Virus record (IMG/VR): IMGVR_UViG_3300025723_000095
Span: 1-37,189 of that record
Direction: 5' to 3' (one strand)
Length of the DNA stretch: 37,189 bases
Origin: a virus
Taxonomy: Duplodnaviria; Caudoviricetes
A program made the position numbers and the translations under genes. This document shows, piece after piece, positions 6,301 to 16,082 of this stretch. The notes beneath the pieces were generated by a model. It did no database searches, had not been told where the DNA came from, and worked only from the letters and a program-made list of their open reading frames with translations. The stretch's first letter is position 1, and each line of letters starts with the position of its first letter.

Positions 6301-7310
6301 ATATTACGATAAATCTCTAGCAATGTGTTTTTGTCAAACTGACCAGAGTCAATGTTTACAAGTTGTTCTGTAACAATCTGGTCTACGCTTTCAAATGTAG
6401 CATCCGGATTATCATCTATGGTACCATCTAAGTTTGTTTTATCTTGTATTAGGCTGATATCTCGAATGTCATAGTTTCTAGTAAATTCTTCTTTAATAAA
6501 ATTTGCTTCTTCAAAACTGATATCGATATCAAGATTAACACGGAAGTGCATCTTGCTCTTCATTATTGAATTTTTTTTATCAATAAGTTCTGATAGCTTG
6601 ATAGTACGGTACTTAGGACAGTCTGGCCAATCAATAAATTGTGGAGTACCTCCCCATTCTAATATCATCATACCCCTCTCATCATCCCAGGTGTCTGCAT
6701 AATTGTGAGGAAAAGCATTACCTATATACCAAATATTGCCTTTGTTTTGTCTTTTGTGAAAATGTCCGCTGAATACATATTCAGGACCTTTTAGAAGATC
6801 GGCACTTAACTCGCCATGGTCAGGCATCTGTACCATAGCGTTCATAAAAAACAGTGGAAGTTCTAAGTGACCGAATACATATCGACTTTTGATTTTATCC
6901 ATAGTACGCCATTCATCACCTACTAGCCAGGGGACAAGGGTGACATCATCAAGAGTTGTAATACCCTCTACGACGGTAACTCCTGGAATGTGACGACCAA
7001 ACGCACTGGAATGAATGTCACGCTTGTCTTTATAGAATAGATCATGGTTGCCAGGAAACCAAAAGAACTGTTCAAATGCCGCACCTAGTTTTTCTAGTAG
7101 GGTTAATGATACATCTAAAGTATATAAATTAAGATTATTGCGATTATGAGACCAATCTCCCATAAAGATACAAGTCTCGCACCCATTGGCTTGGGCTTGT
7201 TCAATAAACCAATCTACAAATTCTTCGCAGTCTCTAAGATGTACAGAACTATTGGACTTGAGTCCCACGTGAAGATCTGTAAAGACGGCAACCTTCTTGA
7301 ATAAGGGCAT
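6297..7310 (-). CDS. gp47: Recombination endonuclease nuclease subunit (gp47/SbcD/Mre11-like)
   Basis: Metallophosphoesterase motifs DLH, GD, GNHD, FGH, SGHFH; 4-nt overlap with gp46; AGGAG RBS. Confidence 0.93.
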   Translation of the reverse strand: MPLFKKVAVFTDLHVGLKSNSSVHLRDCEEFVDWFIEQAQANGCETCIFMGDWSHNRNNLNLYTLDVSLTLLEKLGAAFEQFFWFPGNHDLFYKDKRDIHSSAFGRHIPGVTVVEGITTLDDVTLVPWLVGDEWRTMDKIKSRYVFGHLELPLFFMNAMVQMPDHGELSADLLKGPEYVFSGHFHKRQNKGNIWYIGNAFPHNYADTWDDERGMMILEWGGTPQFIDWPDCPKYRTIKLSELIDKKNSIMKSKMHFRVNLDIDISFEEANFIKEEFTRNYDIRDISLIQDKTNLDGTIDDNPDATFESVDQIVTEQLVNIDSGQFDKNTLLEIYRNI

Positions 7311-7331
7311 TATAAAGTTCTCCTAACTAAG

Positions 7332-7360
7332 AGTTTAGCAGATAAGATAGAAAAGGTCAA
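7332..7360 (-). promoter_or_regulatory. Sigma70-like promoter for gp47-gp46 and downstream genes
   Basis: TTGACC-17 nt-TAAACT with TG extension (TGcTAAACT); the -35 box overlaps the gp55 stop codon. Confidence 0.6.
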
Positions 7361-8274
7361 ACCTCTTTGGCATCTTCTTCGTCAGCTTCTTCTTCAATAG
7401 GATCTTCTTCGCTCTTGGGCATACGCATGTTTTTATATAGTTCGGCTTGGCGAGCGATTTCTTCTGCGTACTCTTGACTGTTTTGACGGGTAAGACTTGG
7501 AGTAAGTCCAGCTTCTTCCAATAAATCATCACGGATGTTTTGACTTTTCTTCTCAATGTTTAGAATACGGGTAAATGAATTTGTCACAGCCGCGGTATAG
7601 TAGGCAAATGGATTTTCGGATTTACTTTCATCAAACTGTAGACCAATTTGACTCAACTGTAGAATAGCCTGGCCTTTCATTTCGTCAATATAGGTATAGC
7701 CTCTCCAATTTGAGCGTTGTGCATATCGCTCTGAAAGTTTAATAAACATCTTACCGAGATTTTCTGTAATGCGTCCGTGGTCTTTGTTGAACTTGCCTTT
7801 TTCAATACTGCCCTGCCAATGACTTTTACCTACACATACGAGTTCGTCTTGGTCATTGAACTTCCAATGTTGGAATGGAGGAAAGTTAACTTTATCATGC
7901 GCATCTGCTGTGGTCTTGGTTGTTTTTTTACGACCAGGTGCTAATGGAATATGTTCAAAGGTCATTATACGGATAATAACATCTGTTTTAGCAATAGTTC
8001 TATAGTCTGGTGTGCATTCTGCTAGTTTGATTTTCTTGTCGCCAGACATCCTTGCTAAGGCAAATGCCTGTAATCCTAATCTTTTGGCCTGTGCTCTTTT
8101 AGCATCAGCAACTGTTCGGATATTAATTTTGTCTATGCTTGATAAGATAATATCATATTGACTGTATTCAGGCTTGACAAAACTAGAGAATGAGCATTTA
8201 CTTCTATGAATTTCTGCTAATAAATCACGATTGTTTAGATATTTTGTTTTTCTGGTTGTGAAAATTGGCGTCAT
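7357..8274 (-). CDS. gp55: Late transcription sigma factor (T4 gp55-like)
   Basis: YLNNRDLL N-terminal motif; NWRGYTYIDEM...FDESKSENPFAYYT...NSF.R core; synteny with gp47/gp46 as in T4-like phages. Confidence 0.85.
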   Translation of the reverse strand: MTPIFTTRKTKYLNNRDLLAEIHRSKCSFSSFVKPEYSQYDIILSSIDKINIRTVADAKRAQAKRLGLQAFALARMSGDKKIKLAECTPDYRTIAKTDVIIRIMTFEHIPLAPGRKKTTKTTADAHDKVNFPPFQHWKFNDQDELVCVGKSHWQGSIEKGKFNKDHGRITENLGKMFIKLSERYAQRSNWRGYTYIDEMKGQAILQLSQIGLQFDESKSENPFAYYTAAVTNSFTRILNIEKKSQNIRDDLLEEAGLTPSLTRQNSQEYAEEIARQAELYKNMRMPKSEEDPIEEEADEEDAKEV

Positions 8275-8303
8275 ATTTTTATTATTATTCCTTATGTGTT
8301 GTT

Positions 8304-8331
8304 ATTATAACACAGAAAATTGTGAAATCAA
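8304..8331 (-). promoter_or_regulatory. Sigma70-like (extended -10) promoter for the gp55-like gene
   Basis: TTGATT-16 nt-TATAAT preceded by TGn; TAAGGA RBS downstream. Confidence 0.6.
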
Positions 8332-8349
8332 CCATTTAACTAAGCAGAT

Positions 8350-8365
8350 TATTTATCGCTAAATA
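8350..8365. promoter_or_regulatory. Back-to-back TAAATA late promoter cores
   Basis: Minus-strand TAAATA at 8350-8355 (toward gp55) and plus-strand TAAATA at 8360-8365 (toward the baseplate operon). Confidence 0.55.
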
Positions 8366-8383
8366 TTATATAAAGGAATTACA

Positions 8384-9385
8384 ATGGCCAGTGTATATAC
8401 TATAAATGGACAACCTGCTACTAAAGAACAATATGATGCTTTCATTGCGGCTAATCCCACATTGGCCAGTGCCGCAGATTTAGCCAGTACAGCTAAAATT
8501 ACTAATCCTCCTATACTTGGGGAACCGCAAGTCTCTAATCAAGGGTTTAGTGGAGCAACTACAACCGCTGGCGGAGCATTTGTAGGTTACAGAAATCCTA
8601 ATCGTACTCAACAAGGTGGATCAGGACAAGGGTCGGCAGAATTTGCTGCCAACGATCCTAGAAGATTGGATGGACCAATAAGAGATCTCGGAGTCCCGCA
8701 GGGCGCTCAACCAGATCCAGTAGTCCCTGTTGTAGAAACAAACATAACAACAATGGATGGACAATCTAGTGGGTTAAATCCTGATCTTAGAGTTAAGATA
8801 AGAGTACCCGGTGATTACCTTACTAATTTTACTTCCGGATCTGCCTTTTCAGAATTGGCAGATTTAGGAGGAATTATATTTCCATACACACCTACAATTG
8901 GGTTTGAGCATAAAGCAGATTATACAAGTCAAACTCCTGTTCATAGCAATTATGCTATACATTTTTATAAAAATAGTAGTGTAGGGGATATTAGCATACA
9001 GGGAAAATTTACAGTACAAAATGAAAAAGATGCCCTAATATATATTTCGACCATTCATTTATTAAAAGCTCTTACTAAAATGCGATTTGGACCAGATGCC
9101 GATGCAGGTGCTCCACCTCCTGTCTGCAGACTAGATGCATACGGTGCATTTATGTTAAAAAATGTTCCTGTAGTGATTACAAGTTTTAAAACCGATCTAC
9201 CAGACAGTGTAGATTTTTATACATTAAATGACAGTGCTTCCGGTCCATTTGGTCAAACATCAGTTCCTACGGTATCAACTATACAAGTTACTTGTAAGCC
9301 TATTTACAGCAGGGCAGAAATGCAAACTATGTCAGTAACTGGGTATCTCAATGATAGGTCATACAAACAACAAGGATTCCTATAA
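8384..9385 (+). CDS. Baseplate/tail-tube initiator-like protein (gp48/gp54-type)
   Basis: IIFPYTP...F-T...GAPPPVCRL..YG...KNVPVVI.SF tube-fold pattern; first gene of the baseplate block, directly before the gp53-like gene. Confidence 0.6.
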   Translation: MASVYTINGQPATKEQYDAFIAANPTLASAADLASTAKITNPPILGEPQVSNQGFSGATTTAGGAFVGYRNPNRTQQGGSGQGSAEFAANDPRRLDGPIRDLGVPQGAQPDPVVPVVETNITTMDGQSSGLNPDLRVKIRVPGDYLTNFTSGSAFSELADLGGIIFPYTPTIGFEHKADYTSQTPVHSNYAIHFYKNSSVGDISIQGKFTVQNEKDALIYISTIHLLKALTKMRFGPDADAGAPPPVCRLDAYGAFMLKNVPVVITSFKTDLPDSVDFYTLNDSASGPFGQTSVPTVSTIQVTCKPIYSRAEMQTMSVTGYLNDRSYKQQGFL

Positions 9386-9684
9386 TGGCTAACTATATTA
9401 AAACAAGCCCTTATTACCTTACTGATCAAAGTGCAGGATATTTAGATGTTATGACCTGGAGAACTATTCCTCAGGAGCCCGATGATATATTATTTACAGT
9501 AACCAGCAGTTATCAAAATAGACCAGATTTATTGGCCTATGATTTATATAATGATGTTAATTTGTGGTGGGTATTTGCTCAGCGAAATCCTAATGTTATT
9601 CAAGATTCCATATTTGATCTTCAAGTTGGGGTAAAAATATATCTTCCTAAACTTAGCTCAATGAAAAAAACATTGGGAATATAA
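9385..9684 (+). CDS. gp53: Baseplate wedge protein, gp53/LysM-like
   Basis: RPDLLAYDLY....LWWVFAQRN...IYLP motif; 99 aa. Confidence 0.75.
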   Translation: MANYIKTSPYYLTDQSAGYLDVMTWRTIPQEPDDILFTVTSSYQNRPDLLAYDLYNDVNLWWVFAQRNPNVIQDSIFDLQVGVKIYLPKLSSMKKTLGI

Positions 9685-9687
9685 TAT

Positions 9688-12600
9688 ATGGCCAATGACC
9701 CAAAAGTAGTTCGTCAAACAGAAGGCGCTAGTACAGGTACAGCCGTTCCTACAATTATAAGAGGAAATCAAAAAAATGTTCTGTACAAGTATCGATCTGT
9801 AACTTATAATTTTACACTCAGTGCATTACGAACTACTGATGTTAACACTCCTAAAAATTATCGAAACAACTCGCAGGACCTAGTAATAATAAAATCTGGA
9901 GGTAAAGGTACTACAGGGATTACAACCAATGTTACTCCAGTTACTCGCACATATGAATCTAAGCCATCAGTTACTTCAACAGGTACAAATGGCAGTGTAT
10001 CTTCTAAACCAACATCGACTGTATCAACATCAACAAAGATAACCTATCAAGATAAATCAGGTGGAGATTTAGTTGCAGGATTTAATGCCAACAGTCCTGG
10101 TAGATTTGATATGTTTATTGAAAATGTAGAAATTAATACTATCATCGAACCCGATGGTCAAAGTATAATGACTCAACCAACTAATATATCTTTTGATGTT
10201 ATTGAACCTTATAGTATTAACGGATTTATTGAAGCATTACAAGTATCAGCAGTGGCTGCCGGTAACCCTTCATATCAAGGAGCAACATTTTTACTAAAGT
10301 TGCAATTTTCTGGATATCCAGATGGTGACGATCTTCCTAATGTTGTTCCTGAGATTGAACAATCGACAAGATATTTTCCAATTATATTAACAGGGTTGGA
10401 AGTTACTATAGATGAAAGAGGAACCAAATATAAAGTATCTGCTATAGGTCAAAGTGATGCAGGTCTCGGACAATCTGCGGTATTGAAGAAATCAGTAAAA
10501 ATATCAGGCGGTACTATAAAAGACATACTTGAAGATTTAATGAAAAAAGTTACTAAACAACTTCAAGATGATGATAAAAAAAGTAAAAATACTGCACCTG
10601 CCGCTAATGGTTTTGATGAGTATCGTATAAAATTTCCAGTATGGGATCCTCAGCAAGGATTTGTTGATAATGGTAGAGTTAATGAGTTAGGTAAAGCTAA
10701 ATTATCTGAAAATCTCAAAGATAAATCTGTTAATAGTTTTCCAGATGCTGGAACCAATACAAAACCTGATGCTTATGATCCAAGAAGTAGCAAACAACCT
10801 AGCCCTCAAAAAGCTGCCGCAGCCCCTGAAGATAGTAAAGCTACACCTACAACTGATCCTATAAGTCAATTTGCTGAAGGTAAAAATTTACAAGAATGTA
10901 TCGAAGCGGTAATCAAAGACAGTGAATACATAAAAAACATAGCTAAAAAATTAAGTTCAAAAACAGAATGGCAACAAGTAGTTGATCCATTTGGTATGGT
11001 TGATTATTTTCTTATTAAGTTAGAAGTTACTAATAAGGAAACAATGAATCCTGACCTTAAAAAACCTTATCAAATTTTTACTTATGTTGTAACACAGCGT
11101 AAAATAATGTACACACGATTTCCTGGATACGGAAATGAAACGGTAGATCCTAGTAAGCTACTTGAATTAAGTTTGAGAGATTACGATTATCTTTATACAG
11201 GTCATAATCTTGATGTTTTGAATTTTAAATTAAATTTTAATACATTATTCTTTGAAGCTATTCCAAGTGCGCTTGGCAATGAAAATGTTCCTCCTTCGAA
11301 GTCAGCGGTTGCTCCTGGAAATAAAGTAGAACCTAAATCAAATTCAGATAATTTAAGTACAGTTAAATCAAATCAAGTACCATCTTCTCCGCAAAGACCA
11401 GATGCAACTCTTACATCAGTAGACAAAAATGCTGGCGGTCAAACTCAAAATGATGCTTATGCTAAATTAGCCAAAGGAATACACAATGCTATTACTAATC
11501 CTCAAGGTAGTATGCTAACAGGTGAAATAGATATTCTTGGAGATCCTTTTTATGTTGTTACCGGCGGAGTAGGAAATTATAATCCAGCTCCTGGTCCTAA
11601 TAGTCCTAGAATCACAACAGATGGGGAAGCCGCACACAATTTTGGTGAAGTATTGGTTACTATTAATTTTAGAAATCCTATTGATATTAGTCCCTTAGAA
11701 CAGGGCGGAAGAATGTATTTTGATCCTGAGTTAGTTCCTTTCAGTGGAATATACAGAGTTAATACAGCAAAATCAACTTTCAAAGATGGATTATTTAAAC
11801 AAACATTAGCAATAATGCGAGCTCCGGGGCAACCATCTCCATCTCAAGGAACATCTACCCCTGCAATTGTTACTAATCCTGGAAATAGAATTACACAAAC
11901 TCCTGATCCAACAGACCAAACTAAGCAAGATAATACCCCTGCAAGTCCTGTTATTAATACAGATACTGGGCAGAACGGTGATAGAGCATCAGTAGTGACT
12001 CTTGGAAATCAATTACAAAGAGGATTACCAAGTCCGGGACTGCCAGGTGTATTGAGCAATTTTACCAATGCCTCTGGCGGATTGGGAGGATCTAATAATT
12101 ACCTTCTTTCTCAAGTCAGCGGAGCGACTCCTAATCTAGCAGGCAATACAAGGATTGCTACACAAATTTTTGGCGGAGTTGTACCTGGAGGTATTAATCA
12201 AGGAATTCCGTTACAGGTATCAGGGATTGCAAATCTACAACAACAAATACTGAATCCTGCCAGTTTAGTATCACAGGTAGGAAATACCGCTCTGAGACAA
12301 TTTGGCATTACTAATCCTGCTGTTCAGTTAGCGGCGGTGCTTATCGGCAAAGCCAGTCAAGCACTTAATCAAGTATCAGTTCCTGGGTCTGGAATAGGTG
12401 CAGGATCTACTGTAAATTATACTCCAGTTACTCCAGTTTCAACATTGATTAATTCTGGACAAACAGTAACAGCACAAGATGTACAATTGCAAAATTCTAC
12501 ATTACCTACTAATGTTACTGCCATTACAGGTGCGGCAACAGGCCTTAACCCCAATACATTAGCCGCTGTGGCAAATCTTGAAACTGCAAATGCTAATCTA

Positions 12601-13278
12601 GTTAATAATATAGGTGCAAATGCATCGGCAATAACACAAGGAATTCCTACAGATCCAGACGCAGTGGCACAAAAATTTGGAGTAGATCCTACACAAATAT
12701 CTGGATTATCTGCTCCTTTAGAGAGCAAAGTACTGGGGCAAATGTCTAATATTGCTTCAACAGTTCCGTCTAATACAGATTTATCAGTGGCAAGCAGTCA
12801 AGGTGTAAACTTAAAATCGTTGTCTCCACAAGGTATTGCAAATCTTCCTCCTACTGCACCTTATGCTACTGCACCTGCCCCTGCTCCAGATACACAATAT
12901 ATAGATAATATAGCAAAGTCTGGCGGTCCGAGTGCTGTAGCTAATGCTTATGGAGTTAAAAATATTTCAAGCATACCTCAAAATTTACTATCATCTGTTG
13001 ATCTTAAATCTGCATTATTGCCATCAGTTAATCTAGGCACAGCCGGCAATTTATTACTGGCCGCGGCTGCAGGGTCTAAATACTTGTCGGGAAATTTACA
13101 ATTATCTAATCTTGTAGGATCATCATTATCACAAGAAGCTGGGTTGAATACAGTACAACAAAATTTTGGTTCAACAATGAATACAGGTGGTGACTTAACT
13201 AAATCAGTTACTAATCAATTTGGCAGTAAAAGTCAAGGATCGAGCCCACTAGATAAATTAATGTTAGGAAATAATTGA
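9688..13278 (+). CDS. Baseplate hub-like structural protein (gp27/VgrG-N position) with long low-complexity C-terminal extension
   Basis: Lies between gp53-like and gp5-like genes; EIDILGDP and FSGIYRV....TF..G.F.Q.L motifs typical of hub C-terminal domains. Confidence 0.6.
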   Translation: MANDPKVVRQTEGASTGTAVPTIIRGNQKNVLYKYRSVTYNFTLSALRTTDVNTPKNYRNNSQDLVIIKSGGKGTTGITTNVTPVTRTYESKPSVTSTGTNGSVSSKPTSTVSTSTKITYQDKSGGDLVAGFNANSPGRFDMFIENVEINTIIEPDGQSIMTQPTNISFDVIEPYSINGFIEALQVSAVAAGNPSYQGATFLLKLQFSGYPDGDDLPNVVPEIEQSTRYFPIILTGLEVTIDERGTKYKVSAIGQSDAGLGQSAVLKKSVKISGGTIKDILEDLMKKVTKQLQDDDKKSKNTAPAANGFDEYRIKFPVWDPQQGFVDNGRVNELGKAKLSENLKDKSVNSFPDAGTNTKPDAYDPRSSKQPSPQKAAAAPEDSKATPTTDPISQFAEGKNLQECIEAVIKDSEYIKNIAKKLSSKTEWQQVVDPFGMVDYFLIKLEVTNKETMNPDLKKPYQIFTYVVTQRKIMYTRFPGYGNETVDPSKLLELSLRDYDYLYTGHNLDVLNFKLNFNTLFFEAIPSALGNENVPPSKSAVAPGNKVEPKSNSDNLSTVKSNQVPSSPQRPDATLTSVDKNAGGQTQNDAYAKLAKGIHNAITNPQGSMLTGEIDILGDPFYVVTGGVGNYNPAPGPNSPRITTDGEAAHNFGEVLVTINFRNPIDISPLEQGGRMYFDPELVPFSGIYRVNTAKSTFKDGLFKQTLAIMRAPGQPSPSQGTSTPAIVTNPGNRITQTPDPTDQTKQDNTPASPVINTDTGQNGDRASVVTLGNQLQRGLPSPGLPGVLSNFTNASGGLGGSNNYLLSQVSGATPNLAGNTRIATQIFGGVVPGGINQGIPLQVSGIANLQQQILNPASLVSQVGNTALRQFGITNPAVQLAAVLIGKASQALNQVSVPGSGIGAGSTVNYTPVTPVSTLINSGQTVTAQDVQLQNSTLPTNVTAITGAATGLNPNTLAAVANLETANANLVNNIGANASAITQGIPTDPDAVAQKFGVDPTQISGLSAPLESKVLGQMSNIASTVPSNTDLSVASSQGVNLKSLSPQGIANLPPTAPYATAPAPAPDTQYIDNIAKSGGPSAVANAYGVKNISSIPQNLLSSVDLKSALLPSVNLGTAGNLLLAAAAGSKYLSGNLQLSNLVGSSLSQEAGLNTVQQNFGSTMNTGGDLTKSVTNQFGSKSQGSSPLDKLMLGNN

Positions 13279-13281
13279 TAT

Positions 13282-15591
13282 ATGCCATTTGAAGAAAGAC
13301 GCCGAGGTAAACTACCAACTCCTGGTCCGTTCCTAGCTGAAATTACTAGTCATTTAGATCCTAGTTATACAGGTAAGTTAGAAGTATCTTTGATTAAAAA
13401 TCTACAAAGCAATATAGATGATCAAGGACAGACTTATATTGTTAGTTACTTGAATCCTTTTTATGGAGTTACATCTGCACGATTTGAGGGTAACAACAGC
13501 AGTGATTTTAACGATGTACAAAAAAGTTATGGCATGTGGTTTATTCCGCCGGATGTTGGAACTACCGTTATGGTTATCTTCATTGACGGTGATCCTAATC
13601 AAGGATATTGGATGGGGTGTGTCCAAGACCCTTTTCAAAATCACATGGTTCCCGGAATTGCAGCCAGCAAACAAACTGCAATGACACAACAACAAAAAGA
13701 TAGATATGGTACAGAATATCTTCCTGTCGCTGAATTCCTCAAGGGTACACAAAAATTAAATGATCCTAATATAGATAAAATTCCTAAACCGATACATCCA
13801 TTTGCTGACAGATTATTGGCTCAAGGATTATTATTAGATACAGTGAGAGGAGTTACATCGAGCAGTGCTAGAAGAGAACACCCGTCAAATGTATTTGGAA
13901 TATCTACTCCTGGCCCCTTAGATACAAGTACCAATGCTAAGACAGGTAAGATTGGTTATGAGGGTAATCGTCAAGTGCCTGTAAGTAGATTAGGTGGTAG
14001 TACATTTGTCATGGATGATGGTGATGTTAACGGACAAAATGAATTAGTAAGAATTCGTACTCGAACTGGACATCAAATATTGATGCATAACAGTCAAGAT
14101 TTAATTTATATTGCTAACTCTAAAGGTACTGCCTGGATAGAAATGACCAGTAATGGTAAGTTAGATATCTATGCCGCAGACAGTGTTAGCATTCATTCTG
14201 AGGCAGATTTTAATTTCCGTGCTGATCGAGATATTAACATCGAAGCAGGGCGTAATCTTAATATGCGAGCCATGGGAAATATGGAAACCAATGTCAATGG
14301 TTATTATTATCTTGTAGTCGATGATTATGGAAAGATTTCATTTAAGAATGATTTAGATGAAACAATAGGCGGATCTCAAAGAACAAATATATCACAAGAT
14401 ATTAACATGGCCGCAGGTAAAGATATATTATTTACAGCAGATGCAAGTATGCACCTAAGTGCTGAAACAAATATGTTCCAGGGTTCTGGCGGTGATTTTA
14501 ATGTAGGCGCTAATGGAAACTATTATGGCAGTGCGGCAATATATCACATGAATGGACCCGCAGCCGCGGCACCTACTGCGGCAGTTGCGGCCACTGCTCC
14601 ACCTTTATTAAGTATCTATCATTTGCCTAATAGGGATCCTAAGACTGGATGGGCAGTTAACAACAAATATAAAACTACTCCTATCAATAGTATCATGCAA
14701 CGAGTTCCTACACATGAACCTTATGATCAGCATGAGAATATTAATCCTCAGGCATTTAGTTCTACTTCTACAGATGTAACATTACAAAGTCGTCCAGGGG
14801 TGGCACCTAATCCTAATTCTGGTATTGTAGATAGTGCTAATACACCTGAAGTTGTACCAGGTACCTGTGATCCTAAGTATGCTAAAGATATTAACAATTC
14901 TGCAAGCAAAGCAGGGATAGATGCATTAAAAGCCGCCGCAGAAAAATTAGGATTAACTGCTCCTACAGCAGTGGCAAGTTTATTGGGAATAGCAGGTGGT
15001 GAGAGTCGTTGGAAAGTTGTTACAGAAAGTTTCAACTATACATCTGCCGCAAGATTATTAGAAGTATTTCCCACAGTGTTTAAGGGCGATGCAAATTTAG
15101 CTCAACAATATGTCGGTAATCCTAACAATAGCTTACCTGAATTTTTGTATGGTTATCAAACTGCCAAAGGTAAAGGTCTCGGTAATACACAGGCAGGAGA
15201 TGGTGCCGCATTTATTGGCCGTGGATTTATACAATTAACAGGTCGTGCAAATTATGCAAAATACAGTAACTTAATGTTTAGTAAAGGTCTTGTAAGTTCC
15301 GCAACATCATTAACTGACAAACCTGAAATGCTTAATGATTTAACCATAGCCGCACAAGTAAGTGTACTATACTTCTTAGATCGTGTTAAGGTTCCTCAAA
15401 CAGATCCTGGATATTTTGAAGCCGCTTGTCGTGCCGTAGGATTTAATACACCCGATATTCATGCTACTAAACAAGGATTTTATCAATGTTTTCTAGGTCA
15501 ATTACAAGGCACCGTTGTACAATCCGGTAGTGGAACCATAGTAACAGACAGTTCAGGTAACCCTGTTAAGTCTGGTCAAATAGCGCAATAA
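13282..15591 (+). CDS. gp5: Baseplate central spike (gp5-like) with C-terminal glycoside hydrolase family 19 domain
   Basis: OB-fold region (SYGMWFIPPDVGTTVMVIFIDGD), RIRTRTGHQI, beta-helix-like repeats, then the GH19 signature FIGRGFIQLTGRANY at 15211-15255. Confidence 0.8.
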   Translation: MPFEERRRGKLPTPGPFLAEITSHLDPSYTGKLEVSLIKNLQSNIDDQGQTYIVSYLNPFYGVTSARFEGNNSSDFNDVQKSYGMWFIPPDVGTTVMVIFIDGDPNQGYWMGCVQDPFQNHMVPGIAASKQTAMTQQQKDRYGTEYLPVAEFLKGTQKLNDPNIDKIPKPIHPFADRLLAQGLLLDTVRGVTSSSARREHPSNVFGISTPGPLDTSTNAKTGKIGYEGNRQVPVSRLGGSTFVMDDGDVNGQNELVRIRTRTGHQILMHNSQDLIYIANSKGTAWIEMTSNGKLDIYAADSVSIHSEADFNFRADRDINIEAGRNLNMRAMGNMETNVNGYYYLVVDDYGKISFKNDLDETIGGSQRTNISQDINMAAGKDILFTADASMHLSAETNMFQGSGGDFNVGANGNYYGSAAIYHMNGPAAAAPTAAVAATAPPLLSIYHLPNRDPKTGWAVNNKYKTTPINSIMQRVPTHEPYDQHENINPQAFSSTSTDVTLQSRPGVAPNPNSGIVDSANTPEVVPGTCDPKYAKDINNSASKAGIDALKAAAEKLGLTAPTAVASLLGIAGGESRWKVVTESFNYTSAARLLEVFPTVFKGDANLAQQYVGNPNNSLPEFLYGYQTAKGKGLGNTQAGDGAAFIGRGFIQLTGRANYAKYSNLMFSKGLVSSATSLTDKPEMLNDLTIAAQVSVLYFLDRVKVPQTDPGYFEAACRAVGFNTPDIHATKQGFYQCFLGQLQGTVVQSGSGTIVTDSSGNPVKSGQIAQ

Positions 15592-15594
15592 ATA
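15587..15594 (+). promoter_or_regulatory. Late promoter-like AATAAATA before gp25
   Basis: TAAATA core overlapping the gp5 stop, only 4 nt before ATG 15599. Confidence 0.4.
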
Positions 15595-15598
15595 TAGT

Positions 15599-16036
15599 AT
15601 GGCCTACAAATCACTAGTTATTACCAATGCTAATGCAGTTCCTCAACAACCTGTTAAAACTAGCCAGTTTTATATGGGATTCACCAGTCAAGACCCTGCC
15701 AATACAACTTCACGATTATATGATCTTGATCTAATTAAGCAAGATATAATAAATCAATTTAATACACGCAAAGGTGAGCGTGTAATGAATCCTCAATTTG
15801 GTAGTATTATTTGGGATGCGTTAATGGAGCCTATGACTGACCAAATCAAACAAGCTCTTAACACAGACATTACAACAATATGTAATAGTGATCCTAGGGC
15901 TATTCCTACGCAGATTAATTTAACAGAATTTCAATCAGGTTATTTACTTGAAGTAACTTTACAATTAGCAGGCACTGATCAATCGAGTAATATGATATTG
16001 ACTTTTGATCAACGTGCTGGGTTAACAGTACAATAA
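15599..16036 (+). CDS. gp25: Baseplate wedge subunit gp25 (GPW/gp25 family)
   Basis: LIKQDIIN.FNTRKGERVMNPQFGS.IWD.L.EP...DPR signature. Confidence 0.9.
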   Translation: MAYKSLVITNANAVPQQPVKTSQFYMGFTSQDPANTTSRLYDLDLIKQDIINQFNTRKGERVMNPQFGSIIWDALMEPMTDQIKQALNTDITTICNSDPRAIPTQINLTEFQSGYLLEVTLQLAGTDQSSNMILTFDQRAGLTVQ

Positions 16037-16056
16037 TGTACATGGTTTATTGCCGC

Positions 16057-16064
16057 AATAAATA
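16057..16064 (+). promoter_or_regulatory. Late promoter-like AATAAATA before gp6
   Basis: Intergenic TAAATA core 18 nt upstream of ATG 16083, embedded in an 8-bp inverted repeat. Confidence 0.6.
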
Positions 16065-16082
16065 CGGTATAGAATTAAAATT

